From the NCBI GenBank assembly GCA_017414715.1, contig JAFQKV010000119.1:8968-72967 (forward strand): DNA of 64,000 nucleotides, given 5' to 3'. Position numbers and translations under genes: made by a program. Under the pieces are notes generated by a model. The model was not told the DNA's origin. It ran no database searches and saw only the letters and a program-made list of their open reading frames with translations. The DNA is from Clostridia bacterium (lineage in GTDB: Bacteria; Bacillota; Clostridia; Oscillospirales; QAMX01). Shown one piece after another: positions 29,865 through 38,753 of the stretch (the stretch's first letter is position 1; the number at the start of each line of letters is the position of its first letter).

Positions 29865-31472
29865 TTACATCACCTTCTTTACGCCGTTACGCATGAATGC
29901 ACGGAACTTCTTTACCCCGCTGTACACCTTGGTACCAACGAACAGCACAAGCAGGATTACAACAATTATACCGAAGGAATTACCAAAGGATTCCTTCATG
30001 TACAGTTCAAGTGCCTTGGAGTAGTTCTCGCGATTCTCAACCTCACGGAAGCACTTCATTGCTTCAGCATATTCACCGTTACGGTAGAGCGCCTTACCGG
30101 TACCGATATACGCATAATACATATTGGAGTTGCGAACAAGAACCTCGGCCCAGATCTTTTCAGATGCCTCATACTCACCGTCGTAATACAGTTGAGCAGC
30201 CTTGATAACCTTTGCACCGTAATCCGTCGGGCTGTACACGGTCAGTGTGGAGTATGCAGAGTCCATAACAACGATATTGTCACCTTGATAGATCAATGCC
30301 GCCGGACTGCGTACAGCGCCGACCTGAGCACATTCATTGTTGCCGCCATTACCAAATATGAAGAGCAGGTTACCATCTTCGTCATAGGTAAAGATACGGC
30401 CGAAGGTACGATCAAGACAGCTGTAAATGCCGTTTGTGCCGAGGGCAACATCCACAAAACCGGTGGTTTCGGTAACCTCCATGGTATTTGTACCACCGCT
30501 GCCGAGTGTAACTACGGATAGAATCAGGTCACCACAGTTTGGAACATAACCCATGCGCTTGAGAATATCCTCACCTGCAGCGTTCAAGCGAACAACATTT
30601 GCTGCAGTTGAGCGAAGCGGGTCACCGGCGAGCGTAGTCAGAGCTTGCTGGAATGACTCGATATCAGGCGCAGCGATAGTACCGTAAACAAAGCCCTTAG
30701 CGTCGGAAACGATGTTGGAATATTCTGTAGGCGTGTAGGAAAGCAGAGACTCAGAACCTGCAAGCGATAAAACTTTCTTCCAAATTCGTGTAAGCATGTC
30801 TGCCGTAACTTCAGGCGCACCGAAGAAGCTGTTCAGGCTTCCGTCGGGATCAAGGCACAGCAGCCCCTGGTTGATATTCTCCGCAATAACGTAGAGACGG
30901 TTCGTATTGTCAAATACAACCTTCTTGGGGACATAAGACTGCTCTTCACCATTTTTATCCAGAATGGAGAGGTCAGGCTTTTCGTACACATATACAAACT
31001 TACCGGTAGTGTCCATCCGCACGATACGGGCGTTTCGGGTATCACAGACGGTCAGCTCGTACTTTCCGTCATTCTCGGATCCAAGATACTTGTAGATCTC
31101 AATGCCTTCGGGCTGTGAAAGATTCTCAGGCTGTCCGTCAACACCAACGAACTGATCTATCACTGAGAGTACCTTGAAAGTCTGATCAAGAATGATGATT
31201 TTCGCCTGTTTGTCAGCAGATCCCTTGTCAAGTACAAAGATCTTACCGTCATAGGCAACCATATCAGTCAGGGATGTAATCTCAACACCGAGAGTGCCGG
31301 GGGTGATATATTCACTGACAGAGTAGGCATTCGCAGAACCTACCCAAACACCGTTTACATTGTAGAAGTAGGACTCGTACGGGGGTTCCGCGGAGGCGGG
31401 AATGACCATGCCGGCCATAAGGGCGAGGAGCATGAGCATCACCGCGAGGGTTTTAACTATTCTGTTTTTCAT
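29865..31472 (-). CDS. secreted beta-propeller-like protein with TPR module and C-terminal TM anchor
   Basis: 535 aa. Signal peptide LAVMLMLLALMAGMVIPASA. Repeated strand-rich units (NHL/YVTN-like: GKIFVLD, NRLYVIA, GFVYGT, GNLLFIF, DNIVVMD). TPR-like region YYDGEYEASEKIWAEVL...ALYRNGEYAEAMKCF. C-terminal TM segment FGIIVVILLVLFVG. Confidence 0.65.
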   Translation of the reverse strand: MKNRIVKTLAVMLMLLALMAGMVIPASAEPPYESYFYNVNGVWVGSANAYSVSEYITPGTLGVEITSLTDMVAYDGKIFVLDKGSADKQAKIIILDQTFKVLSVIDQFVGVDGQPENLSQPEGIEIYKYLGSENDGKYELTVCDTRNARIVRMDTTGKFVYVYEKPDLSILDKNGEEQSYVPKKVVFDNTNRLYVIAENINQGLLCLDPDGSLNSFFGAPEVTADMLTRIWKKVLSLAGSESLLSYTPTEYSNIVSDAKGFVYGTIAAPDIESFQQALTTLAGDPLRSTAANVVRLNAAGEDILKRMGYVPNCGDLILSVVTLGSGGTNTMEVTETTGFVDVALGTNGIYSCLDRTFGRIFTYDEDGNLLFIFGNGGNNECAQVGAVRSPAALIYQGDNIVVMDSAYSTLTVYSPTDYGAKVIKAAQLYYDGEYEASEKIWAEVLVRNSNMYYAYIGTGKALYRNGEYAEAMKCFREVENRENYSKALELYMKESFGNSFGIIVVILLVLFVGTKVYSGVKKFRAFMRNGVKKVM

Positions 31473-31484
31473 TGCTCTCCTCCT

Positions 31485-32354
31485 TTAGTCCTTCATACCG
31501 GAGGTCGCCATCGTCTCCAGAACGTTGGACTGGATGATGATGAAGAAGACCACGGGAACGATGAGCAGAATAACCGAGCCTGCTGCCGCAGCACCCTGAC
31601 GGGCAATACCGCCGGAGGTAACCTGCGAGATCGCGTAGGGCATGGTCTTCAGGGTCTCACTGTAGATGTAGGAAGACTGCTGCATGTTCCACAGTTCCTG
31701 GATCTTAAAGATTGCGAGGGTCAGCCAGCCGGACTTGACCAGGGGCATGACGATGGTCCAGAACTGGCGGCCGAGGCCCGCACCGTCCAGCGTTGCTGAT
31801 TCCAGCAGGGCATCGGGAACAACACCCATGAAGCTCTGCATCAGGAAGAAGCCGAGGGAAGTGGAGATTGCGGGAATGATCATAGCCCAGTAGGTATCGA
31901 TCCAGCCGAAGGCATTCATAATGATGTATGTAGCCAGGGCGGTAACGGAACTGGAGAACATCAGGGACGTACGCACCAGCTTACCGAAGCCGACAGAACC
32001 GGGGAATACGAACTTGGAGCAGGGGAAAGCAGCCAGAGAGGTGATGATGCAGTGGCCGACAGTACCAACGACCGTAATAAAGACGGTGTTGAAAATGTAG
32101 CGGGAGAAGGGAACCCAGGAGGTGGACATCAAACGGAAGAGGTTCTGGTAGTTCTGACCCGTGGGCTTGATGACGTAGAACTTCGGGGGGAAGAGGAAGA
32201 ACTCATCCGCGGGCTTCAGGGAGTTGATGATAGTAAAATAGAGGGGGAATGCAAAGATGATTGCCAGGAAGAGCAGGCAGATCACGAGCACGATATCGCC
32301 ACCGGTAGAACGGTTTGCGCGTGCACCGGCATGAGCTTTCAGAATATTGGCCAT
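31485..32354 (-). CDS. carbohydrate ABC transporter permease (first pair, MalG-like)
   Basis: 289 aa. EAA loop LESATLDGAGLGRQFWTIVMP. Confidence 0.88.
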   Translation of the reverse strand: MANILKAHAGARANRSTGGDIVLVICLLFLAIIFAFPLYFTIINSLKPADEFFLFPPKFYVIKPTGQNYQNLFRLMSTSWVPFSRYIFNTVFITVVGTVGHCIITSLAAFPCSKFVFPGSVGFGKLVRTSLMFSSSVTALATYIIMNAFGWIDTYWAMIIPAISTSLGFFLMQSFMGVVPDALLESATLDGAGLGRQFWTIVMPLVKSGWLTLAIFKIQELWNMQQSSYIYSETLKTMPYAISQVTSGGIARQGAAAAGSVILLIVPVVFFIIIQSNVLETMATSGMKD

Positions 32355-32357
32355 CTT

Positions 32358-33287
32358 TTATTTTCCCACCCTTCTCAGTAAGTATTGTACGCCCTTATTG
32401 CAGTAGATCATTGCAATAAACAGGATCGTGGAGATCGCCAGAGAGTAACCCATCTCAAATCGGGTAACGCCGTAGTCTTCCATGTGGTGCATAACGGTGT
32501 GCATGGCATAGTCCGGAGAGGGGAAGCCGACGTACTGGGTGATCTGAACACCGATACCGAAAGCACTGGTGATGGACATGACGGCGGCAAAGAGCATCTG
32601 GGACTTGATGTTGGGGAGGGTGATATACCACAGCTCCTGCCAACGGGACTTGATGCCGTCCACCATACCGGCCTCATACTGAGAGCGGTCCACGTTCTGC
32701 AGACCCGCAATGAGGGAAAGGAAGCCGGTACCGATGGAGCTCCACAGAATAACGCCGATGACCACGTAGGGCATGACAACGGGATCCGCGAAGAACTGTA
32801 CGGGCGAGTTAATGAGACCCCACTTCAGGAGCACCGCGTTGACCATACCCTGGGAGTCGCCGGAGAAGATATACTTAAAGACGTTGACGCAGGCCAGGGA
32901 GGCGATGGACGGGGTGTAGAAGAGGATGGTGAAGACCGCACGGATCTTCGGAGGAAGCTCATTGATGAGCCATGCAAAAATCAGAGACAGCAGGTAACCG
33001 CCGGGGCCAACGATGGCCGCGAAGACCAGCGTATTCTTGATGGCGATGATAAAGAGATCATCCTCCATAAAGAGGCGGTAGTAGTTGTCAAGACCTGCCC
33101 ACGTGGGCGGCTGCAGGACGTTGTAGTGCGTCAGGGAAAGTGCCATTGCAGCAACGACCGGAGCCAGGATGAAGATAAGGAATAGAATGAAGAACGGTGC
33201 GACGTAGAGATAGTTGACACGGTTCTTGGCGATAACCTTAAATTTATATTTAAAGTATGCGCCAAGAAGATTCAAAGCATTACTCAA
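32358..33287 (-). CDS. sugar ABC transporter permease (first pair, MalF-like)
   Basis: 309 aa. EAA loop YEAGMVDGIKSRWQELWYITLP. Confidence 0.88.
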   Translation of the reverse strand: MSNALNLLGAYFKYKFKVIAKNRVNYLYVAPFFILFLIFILAPVVAAMALSLTHYNVLQPPTWAGLDNYYRLFMEDDLFIIAIKNTLVFAAIVGPGGYLLSLIFAWLINELPPKIRAVFTILFYTPSIASLACVNVFKYIFSGDSQGMVNAVLLKWGLINSPVQFFADPVVMPYVVIGVILWSSIGTGFLSLIAGLQNVDRSQYEAGMVDGIKSRWQELWYITLPNIKSQMLFAAVMSITSAFGIGVQITQYVGFPSPDYAMHTVMHHMEDYGVTRFEMGYSLAISTILFIAMIYCNKGVQYLLRRVGK

Positions 33288-33311
33288 GTGAATTCATCCT
33301 CCTTCCTGTTA

Positions 33312-36230
33312 TCAGTCACGCTCGGGGAGAGACAAACCGTACTCTTTACGCTTGTTGTAAAGCTCGGTATTGACCTCTGCCACACGGTCGAGCAGGCTCT
33401 CACGCTGATCCTTTGCGGAGAGAACGACGTCGACGTATGCGTTGTAGATGTGACGGGCACTGTAGTAGCCGCCGGGCACCTGGGGATAACCCTTGGTGTG
33501 CTCCAGCTGATCCAGAATGACGTTGAGTTCATCATTGGTCCAGGGCAGCTGCTTGAGAGCCTCGAGGTTTGCGGTATGGTTACGGGCACCGGCACCGAGA
33601 ACGCTCTCAACCTCGGTGCTGTAACGGGTCTGTGCTTCCGTACCGGTCCACCACTTCATGAACTCCCATGCATTCTCCTTGTTATCGGACTGGGATAGCA
33701 GGATGCAGCCGGTAACGGTGGCGGCAGCGGTGTAGTTGATGGTGCCGTCCTCCTGTGCATGACCGGGAATGGTGGTAAAGGACCAGAGACCCTTGATCTC
33801 GGGTGCGGAAAGCGTCAGGGTGTTGTAGCCGGTGATGTAGTCGTTGATACCGACAGGCATCTCACCGCGGCGCATACGGTTGTTGAAGTCCAGAGTCTTT
33901 TCAAACTGGTAAGTGGTATACAGATCCGTCCACTCGATAAAGGCGTTGATGCCCTCGGGGGAATCGATATCGGACTCCATGGCGTTGTTCTTGTAAACCT
34001 CACCGCCGTACTGATAGAGGAAGTGAACGAAAGGTGTGGCATCCAGCGTGGTGGACATCGGATAACCGAAGTTCATGTTGCTCTTCTGCATCTCGGGCAG
34101 CAGGGCATAAACATCCTCCCAGGTCTTGGGAAGGGTCCAGCCGTTCTTGGAAACGATATCGGTACGGTAGAACATCACAGGGAAGGTGATGGTCTCAGGC
34201 AGCGCGTACACACCGCCCTCGTAGGTGAACTGCATGGTGGCGCTTTCGGGGAAAGCCTTCACGACTTCCTCAAAATCCTCAAACTTGGAGAGGTCGTAGG
34301 CCGCATCACGCATGGCATAGTTGATGGGATCGGCCGCAGCCTGACCCAGAGCAACATCGGGAGAACGGCCGGCAAGGGTCGCGGGCAGCAGAGCCGTCAT
34401 CTGGATGTACTGCAGATTAACAGGTATATTATAATTGGTAGAGAAATCGTCGGTAGCCATCTGCTTGATGATCTTGCACTGCTCAATACCGCCGGCATAC
34501 CAGACGGTGATGGCATCCTCGGACTTGGAGGTTGCACCGATATTGGTGTAGTCCGTAGTGAAGGAAGAGATGAAGAGTCGGATCTCATGCCAGATACCCT
34601 TGAAGAAGCCGGCCTCAGCCTTCTCAGGCATCGTCTCGGCAGAGGCATCGCCAAGGAGGAGATAGTCGACCTGCAAAGGCTGCTTGGCCATATCGTTGAC
34701 CATGTTGGCGAGGGTACCGAGGTCAGACTTGAAGGAGGAGTACATCTCCGCGATCTTGTCATAACGGTCGTGCATCTTGCGCAGGCGCTGGGCGATCTGA
34801 CGCAGAGAGGACTGGTTGGAGTTGTTCTCGCCGATCCGATCGTAGATCATGTCAGCCAGAGTCTCCAGAACACCGGCCTGATACTCGAGCTCATCCAGAA
34901 CCCCGGGGATCATACGGTCAAAGTGATAGTTGCGGTCAAAGTCAGGAGAAGTACCGGTGATCATGAGGATCTGCAGATAGCACTCGTTGAGGCTGGTGAC
35001 CGCGGAGCGGCCGATGGTAACGACCTCGGAGAAGTCACCGATGACGTTCTCCAGACGGATGACATTCTTGCCTTCCTTCAGATGGAAAAGGTAGGGATTG
35101 CCCTCGGCATCGGAGAAGGTGTTCAGTTTATAGGAAGTACTGTGGTTGAAGGTGATCGCGGCAGCCTCGGCATAGGGAAGCTCGCCGTTGACATAAACGG
35201 CACGGGCTGCCTGATTGCCGTCGACCACGTTCTGCTTGGCACGCAGCGTCAGCGAATAGAGACCCTCACCGCCGGCGGGAACATCGACAACCCATTCGAT
35301 CCACTGACCGACCTGCTGCCACTTATCGCCACCGATGGAGTTCAGTGTCTGCTTGTTGTAGTTATATCCCGATCCGTCAAAGTTCTCCGTGATACCGGAG
35401 GCGCGGTCATTGACCGGGTAGATGGACATATGAGACTTTCTGTAGGAGTTCTCGGCCTGGATCTTAATGACCTCGCCGTCGATCTCCTTCAGACCCTGGC
35501 TCTTCCAGCCGGCGAGGACTTCCTCATAGGAAGGGGTCTCCTCCGCCACCTTGAAGGTCATCTTATTGATGAGCATGGGCTCCTTGATCGCATCCAGGGA
35601 GATTGTGTGCTCACCGGCAGTCAGGAAAAACTTCAGCGGCTCAAAGTACTGGCCGGACTCATCGCGGGCATAGGTGGTGATCCACTCGGGCACCTCGACC
35701 TGGGGAGAGCGGACTTCGTTGCCCGCATCGTCCAGAGCCTCGCCAACAGCCTTCTCATCGTCCCAAAGGCGGTGGAAGGTGACGTTCGCGGCATTGGAGT
35801 AGGGAACCTTGCCGTCAATACTAATGGAACGGATGATGGAGGAGCCGGTACCCTCATAGGGGTAATAGACAAACTCCAGGTTGTACCAGCCGTCGGCAGG
35901 GACGGTAAACTTCCAGGAAGCCTCACCGTCGGTGGCCGTCAGCAGGGATGCGCCGGGCATACCCTCGTAATCATTGAAGATCGTATGTCCGTCTCCCTCC
36001 GCCGGGATATAGTCGGAGCCGTTCAGAACGATCTCCCCTTCGCCCGGTGCGGCGTTTGCAAGCACGTCCGCAAGATACTCTCCGTAGGAGCCCTCGGCGT
36101 ACTTGATGGTGACCTGCTCGCCTTCGGCGGCAGAGGCAAAGCAGAAGGACATAACCAGCGAAAGGACCAGAACGGTCATGATCGCAGTCTTCATCCAGGC
36201 TTTGCCGTTGTTTGCAGATGTTTTCAGCAT
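33312..36230 (-). CDS. giant extracellular solute-binding protein with two N-terminal sugar-binding-like beta-sandwich modules
   Basis: Start set at MLKTSANNGKAWMKTAIMTVLVLSLVMSFCFASA (signal/anchor), giving 972 aa. Two similar modules (…GWYNLEFVYYPYEG…; …GLYSLTLRAKQ…), then a helical linker. The C-terminal ~430 aa look like a family-1 sugar SBP (ITVWYAGG…, PVMFYRTD…, ENAWEFMKWWT). Confidence 0.75.
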   Translation of the reverse strand: MLKTSANNGKAWMKTAIMTVLVLSLVMSFCFASAAEGEQVTIKYAEGSYGEYLADVLANAAPGEGEIVLNGSDYIPAEGDGHTIFNDYEGMPGASLLTATDGEASWKFTVPADGWYNLEFVYYPYEGTGSSIIRSISIDGKVPYSNAANVTFHRLWDDEKAVGEALDDAGNEVRSPQVEVPEWITTYARDESGQYFEPLKFFLTAGEHTISLDAIKEPMLINKMTFKVAEETPSYEEVLAGWKSQGLKEIDGEVIKIQAENSYRKSHMSIYPVNDRASGITENFDGSGYNYNKQTLNSIGGDKWQQVGQWIEWVVDVPAGGEGLYSLTLRAKQNVVDGNQAARAVYVNGELPYAEAAAITFNHSTSYKLNTFSDAEGNPYLFHLKEGKNVIRLENVIGDFSEVVTIGRSAVTSLNECYLQILMITGTSPDFDRNYHFDRMIPGVLDELEYQAGVLETLADMIYDRIGENNSNQSSLRQIAQRLRKMHDRYDKIAEMYSSFKSDLGTLANMVNDMAKQPLQVDYLLLGDASAETMPEKAEAGFFKGIWHEIRLFISSFTTDYTNIGATSKSEDAITVWYAGGIEQCKIIKQMATDDFSTNYNIPVNLQYIQMTALLPATLAGRSPDVALGQAAADPINYAMRDAAYDLSKFEDFEEVVKAFPESATMQFTYEGGVYALPETITFPVMFYRTDIVSKNGWTLPKTWEDVYALLPEMQKSNMNFGYPMSTTLDATPFVHFLYQYGGEVYKNNAMESDIDSPEGINAFIEWTDLYTTYQFEKTLDFNNRMRRGEMPVGINDYITGYNTLTLSAPEIKGLWSFTTIPGHAQEDGTINYTAAATVTGCILLSQSDNKENAWEFMKWWTGTEAQTRYSTEVESVLGAGARNHTANLEALKQLPWTNDELNVILDQLEHTKGYPQVPGGYYSARHIYNAYVDVVLSAKDQRESLLDRVAEVNTELYNKRKEYGLSLPERD

Positions 36231-36435
36231 ACCTCCACCCTTTCTCATGGGATCTTGATAGGTCTTTTTGCGCGCGTCAGGAACGGATTTTCCTGTCTTT
36301 TGGCATTTTGCACAAGGCTTTCTCACAGTTTTTGCCGAAAAAAGCACTTTTTTGCCATTGGACATTTTGAATAAGTCCCCGGGCGACGCCGTGCCAAGCT
36401 TGATCAACATACAGATATTAATCTAAGCACACTAT

Positions 36436-36464
36436 ATGATAGCAAAAAATGTGCGTTTCGTCAA
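36436..36464 (-). promoter_or_regulatory. candidate sigma-A promoter TTGACG-17-TATCAT of the 8-gene operon
   Basis: The minus strand reads TTGACGAAACGCACATTTTTTGCTATCAT. It leaves a ~200-nt 5' UTR before the ATG at 36230. Confidence 0.55.
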
Positions 36465-36790
36465 TAGAATACGCGTTTTTTTCCGTGTGAAGACACATAT
36501 TTTTTCTTATAGGCATATACTTCGACTTTCGCGCGACCACAATTCTCACCCTTGTTTTGCCTTTCAACATTTTATTCACAGTTTCCACATTTTTTGTTTA
36601 TATTGTCCATATATTCTGTGTGTTTCTTTTTTTGATTGTTCTTTATGCACAGTTTTTACACATTCTGTTTCATCGTCGATTTTCAGCATTTTGCACAACG
36701 CTTTCTTTTGTCAGCATATGGAATACCCATATATTGTGGTGGATGGGTTATGGGAATTTTTCACAAAGAAGCGGGAATACAACCCCGGAA

Positions 36791-36828
36791 AAACAAAAAA
36801 GCGCCGCCGCGGGATCTCCCGCAGCGGC
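36791..36828 (-). terminator. rho-independent terminator after ricT
   Basis: On the minus strand GCCGCTGCGGGA-loop-TCCCGCGGCGGC is followed by GCTTTTTTGTTTTT. Confidence 0.8.
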
Positions 36829-36845
36829 ACCGAACACATGCCTCT

Positions 36846-37760
36846 TTATTCTTCCGGCTCCCCTTCGGACTCCTTCCGGGGCTCAGGCTTTGCCCCGCCG
36901 CGTCCGCGGCGAAGCAGGCGGACATCATCAATGGAGAAAATCTGCTCTTTCTGCTCCTCCCCTTCCAGCCGTACCCGCACCTGTCGCTTGAGCAGCAGTG
37001 CTTCCGTCACGGTGCCGCGCCCCTCAGGGGTATCAACAAGCGCTCCGGATGCGGGAGAGTTCCGGGTCAGATCCTCATAGGCCGCCTGTTCGTACTTCAG
37101 GCAGCACATCAGGCGGCCGCAGGTGCCGCTGATCTTGACAGGATTCAATGAAACACCCTGTTCCTTGGCCATTTTGATGGAAACGGGCGCAAACTCCTCC
37201 AGGAAAGAGGCACAGCAGAAGGGTCTGCCGCAGATGCCGAGGCCGCCGAGCATCTTGGCCTCATCTCGCACGCCGATCTGGCGAAGCTCGATGCGGGTGC
37301 GGAAGATGCCCGCAAGATCCTTGACCAGCTCACGAAAATCCACGCGTCCCTCAGAGATGAAATAAAAGACGATCTTGCTGGAGTCAAAGGAGTAGGCAAC
37401 GTCCACCGGCTCCATATCCAGCTTATGGCTGGCGATCTTCTTGCAGAAGATGTCCATCGCCTCGCGTTCTTTTTTACGGTTTGCCTCCACGGCGGCAAGA
37501 TCCTCCGTCGTTGCCTTGCGGAGCACCCGCTTGAGGGGCAGCTCCAGCCCTTCGTCAGCCACCTTGTGGTTGCGTTGGGCAGTCTCTCCCATTTCGATGC
37601 CCCGGGCGGTCTCGACGATGAGCTTGTCGCCAATCTCCGCACGGATCTCGCCGGGATCAAAATAATATACCTTTCCGGACTGTCTGAACCGGACACCTAC
37701 AACTTCCGTCACGAATCTATATCTGCCTTTCTGCCCGGATGCCTTGTCCGGGCGGGTCAA
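36846..37760 (-). CDS. ricT: PSP1-domain protein RicT/YaaT
   Basis: 304 aa. Contains VVGVRFRQSGKVYYFDPGE. Cys cluster GICGRPFCC...GTCGRLMCCLKYE. Conserved position after holB. The start may be an internal GTG. Confidence 0.88.
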   Translation of the reverse strand: MTRPDKASGQKGRYRFVTEVVGVRFRQSGKVYYFDPGEIRAEIGDKLIVETARGIEMGETAQRNHKVADEGLELPLKRVLRKATTEDLAAVEANRKKEREAMDIFCKKIASHKLDMEPVDVAYSFDSSKIVFYFISEGRVDFRELVKDLAGIFRTRIELRQIGVRDEAKMLGGLGICGRPFCCASFLEEFAPVSIKMAKEQGVSLNPVKISGTCGRLMCCLKYEQAAYEDLTRNSPASGALVDTPEGRGTVTEALLLKRQVRVRLEGEEQKEQIFSIDDVRLLRRGRGGAKPEPRKESEGEPEE

Positions 37761-37763
37761 AAA

Positions 37764-38753
37764 CTACATGGAAAGCTCCCCCGCAAGGGCAGCGCACAGG
37801 GCCACAGCCGCCGTCTGGGGACGAATGTTGAAATTTGCCTCACTTCTTGCCTTTTCCACAGTATCCCGCAGGCGCAGAAGCAGCCCGAGAGACATACTTT
37901 CCGCCATGCGCTCCGCCTCCTCGGCGGGAGCGGCAGGCCGGCGGCCGCATTTGATCTCCACCGCTGCTGCAATGATCTCGGTAAGTGTATCAAGAAGCGT
38001 CCCATACTGCTCCCGGGAGGTCTTGTCCGGCAGGAAAGCAGCAAGGGCCATTTCGTGTTCCGAGCGGTTTGCCATCCCCCGCGCAAGATCCAGCGCAGCA
38101 GCCACTTCCCTGCGGCGGTCATCCGCAAGAAGGCGCAGGGCGGGACCCACATATCCCTCCGCCGCGGCGAGTGCCGCAGCCCGGGCCTCAGGTGCCGCGG
38201 CCGGACGGAGCGCTGCCAGGGCCGCCTCACCTTCTTCTGCCGAAAGGGGCTCCATACGGAAGACGCGGCAGCGGGACAGCACCGTGGGCAGCAGGGCATC
38301 CTCCTGCTCGGTGATAAGCACAAAACGCGCATGGGCCGGCGGCTCCTCCAACACCTTGAGCAGCGCGTTCTGCGCATACTCCTTCAGAGTTTCCGCCGAC
38401 TCGATGATATATACCTTATTTTCCGCCTCACCCGGCCGGATATACGCCTCGGCCCGCACCTCGCGGATAAGCTCCACGGGGATGGCGGTTTTGTCCTCCG
38501 GCACGGAGATCAGGCGAATGTCCTGATGCTCCCCGGCGGCAGCCTTCCGGCAGGCGGCACAATTCCCGCAGGGTTTTTCCGGCGACATGCATACAGCGGC
38601 CGCGGCGAGACTGCGGGCGGCGGTATGCCGCCCCGATCCCTCCGGGCCGCAGAGCACCACCGCCTGGCCGTCACCGCCGGAGCGGATGTATCTGGCAAGG
38701 CGCCGGTTACCGTACAGGGGAAAAATATCAGACCTTTTCGAAGTGCTCGACAT
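37764..38753 (-). CDS. holB: DNA polymerase III subunit delta'
   Basis: 329 aa. Contains GPEGSGRHTAA and zinc module CGNCAACRK. Synteny with darA and ricT. Confidence 0.88.
   Translation of the reverse strand: MSSTSKRSDIFPLYGNRRLARYIRSGGDGQAVVLCGPEGSGRHTAARSLAAAAVCMSPEKPCGNCAACRKAAAGEHQDIRLISVPEDKTAIPVELIREVRAEAYIRPGEAENKVYIIESAETLKEYAQNALLKVLEEPPAHARFVLITEQEDALLPTVLSRCRVFRMEPLSAEEGEAALAALRPAAAPEARAAALAAAEGYVGPALRLLADDRRREVAAALDLARGMANRSEHEMALAAFLPDKTSREQYGTLLDTLTEIIAAAVEIKCGRRPAAPAEEAERMAESMSLGLLLRLRDTVEKARSEANFNIRPQTAAVALCAALAGELSM

Noticed and set aside
33759-36374. 871-aa ORF on the plus strand
   Set aside because: It is antisense to the giant SBP gene. It has a G/D/V/L-rich composition, no start context and no motifs. 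The SBP frame carries a signal peptide, an SBP-like C-terminal domain and operon-consistent spacing.
36231-36410. 60-codon N-terminal extension of the SBP ORF (MLIKLGTASPG...)
   Set aside because: The extension is Lys/Cys-rich and non-hydrophobic and precedes the signal peptide. It contains the repeated operator-like motifs. The internal ATG at 36230 is preceded by a GGTGGAGG purine tract.
24341-36464. Central operon as a defence, toxin or secretion system
   Set aside because: There are no nuclease, ATPase, helicase, methyltransferase or toxin-like motifs. Four subunits have carbohydrate-importer EAA loops and one has an SBP fold. A glycan capture and transport role is the better-supported reading, although it is unproven.
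36436-37151. Three overlapping plus-strand ORFs (144-214 aa) starting in the AT-rich intergenic region
   Set aside because: They run antisense into ricT and across its terminator. They have no RBS and low-complexity Ser/Pro/Arg tails. The region is better explained as a promoter/operator region.
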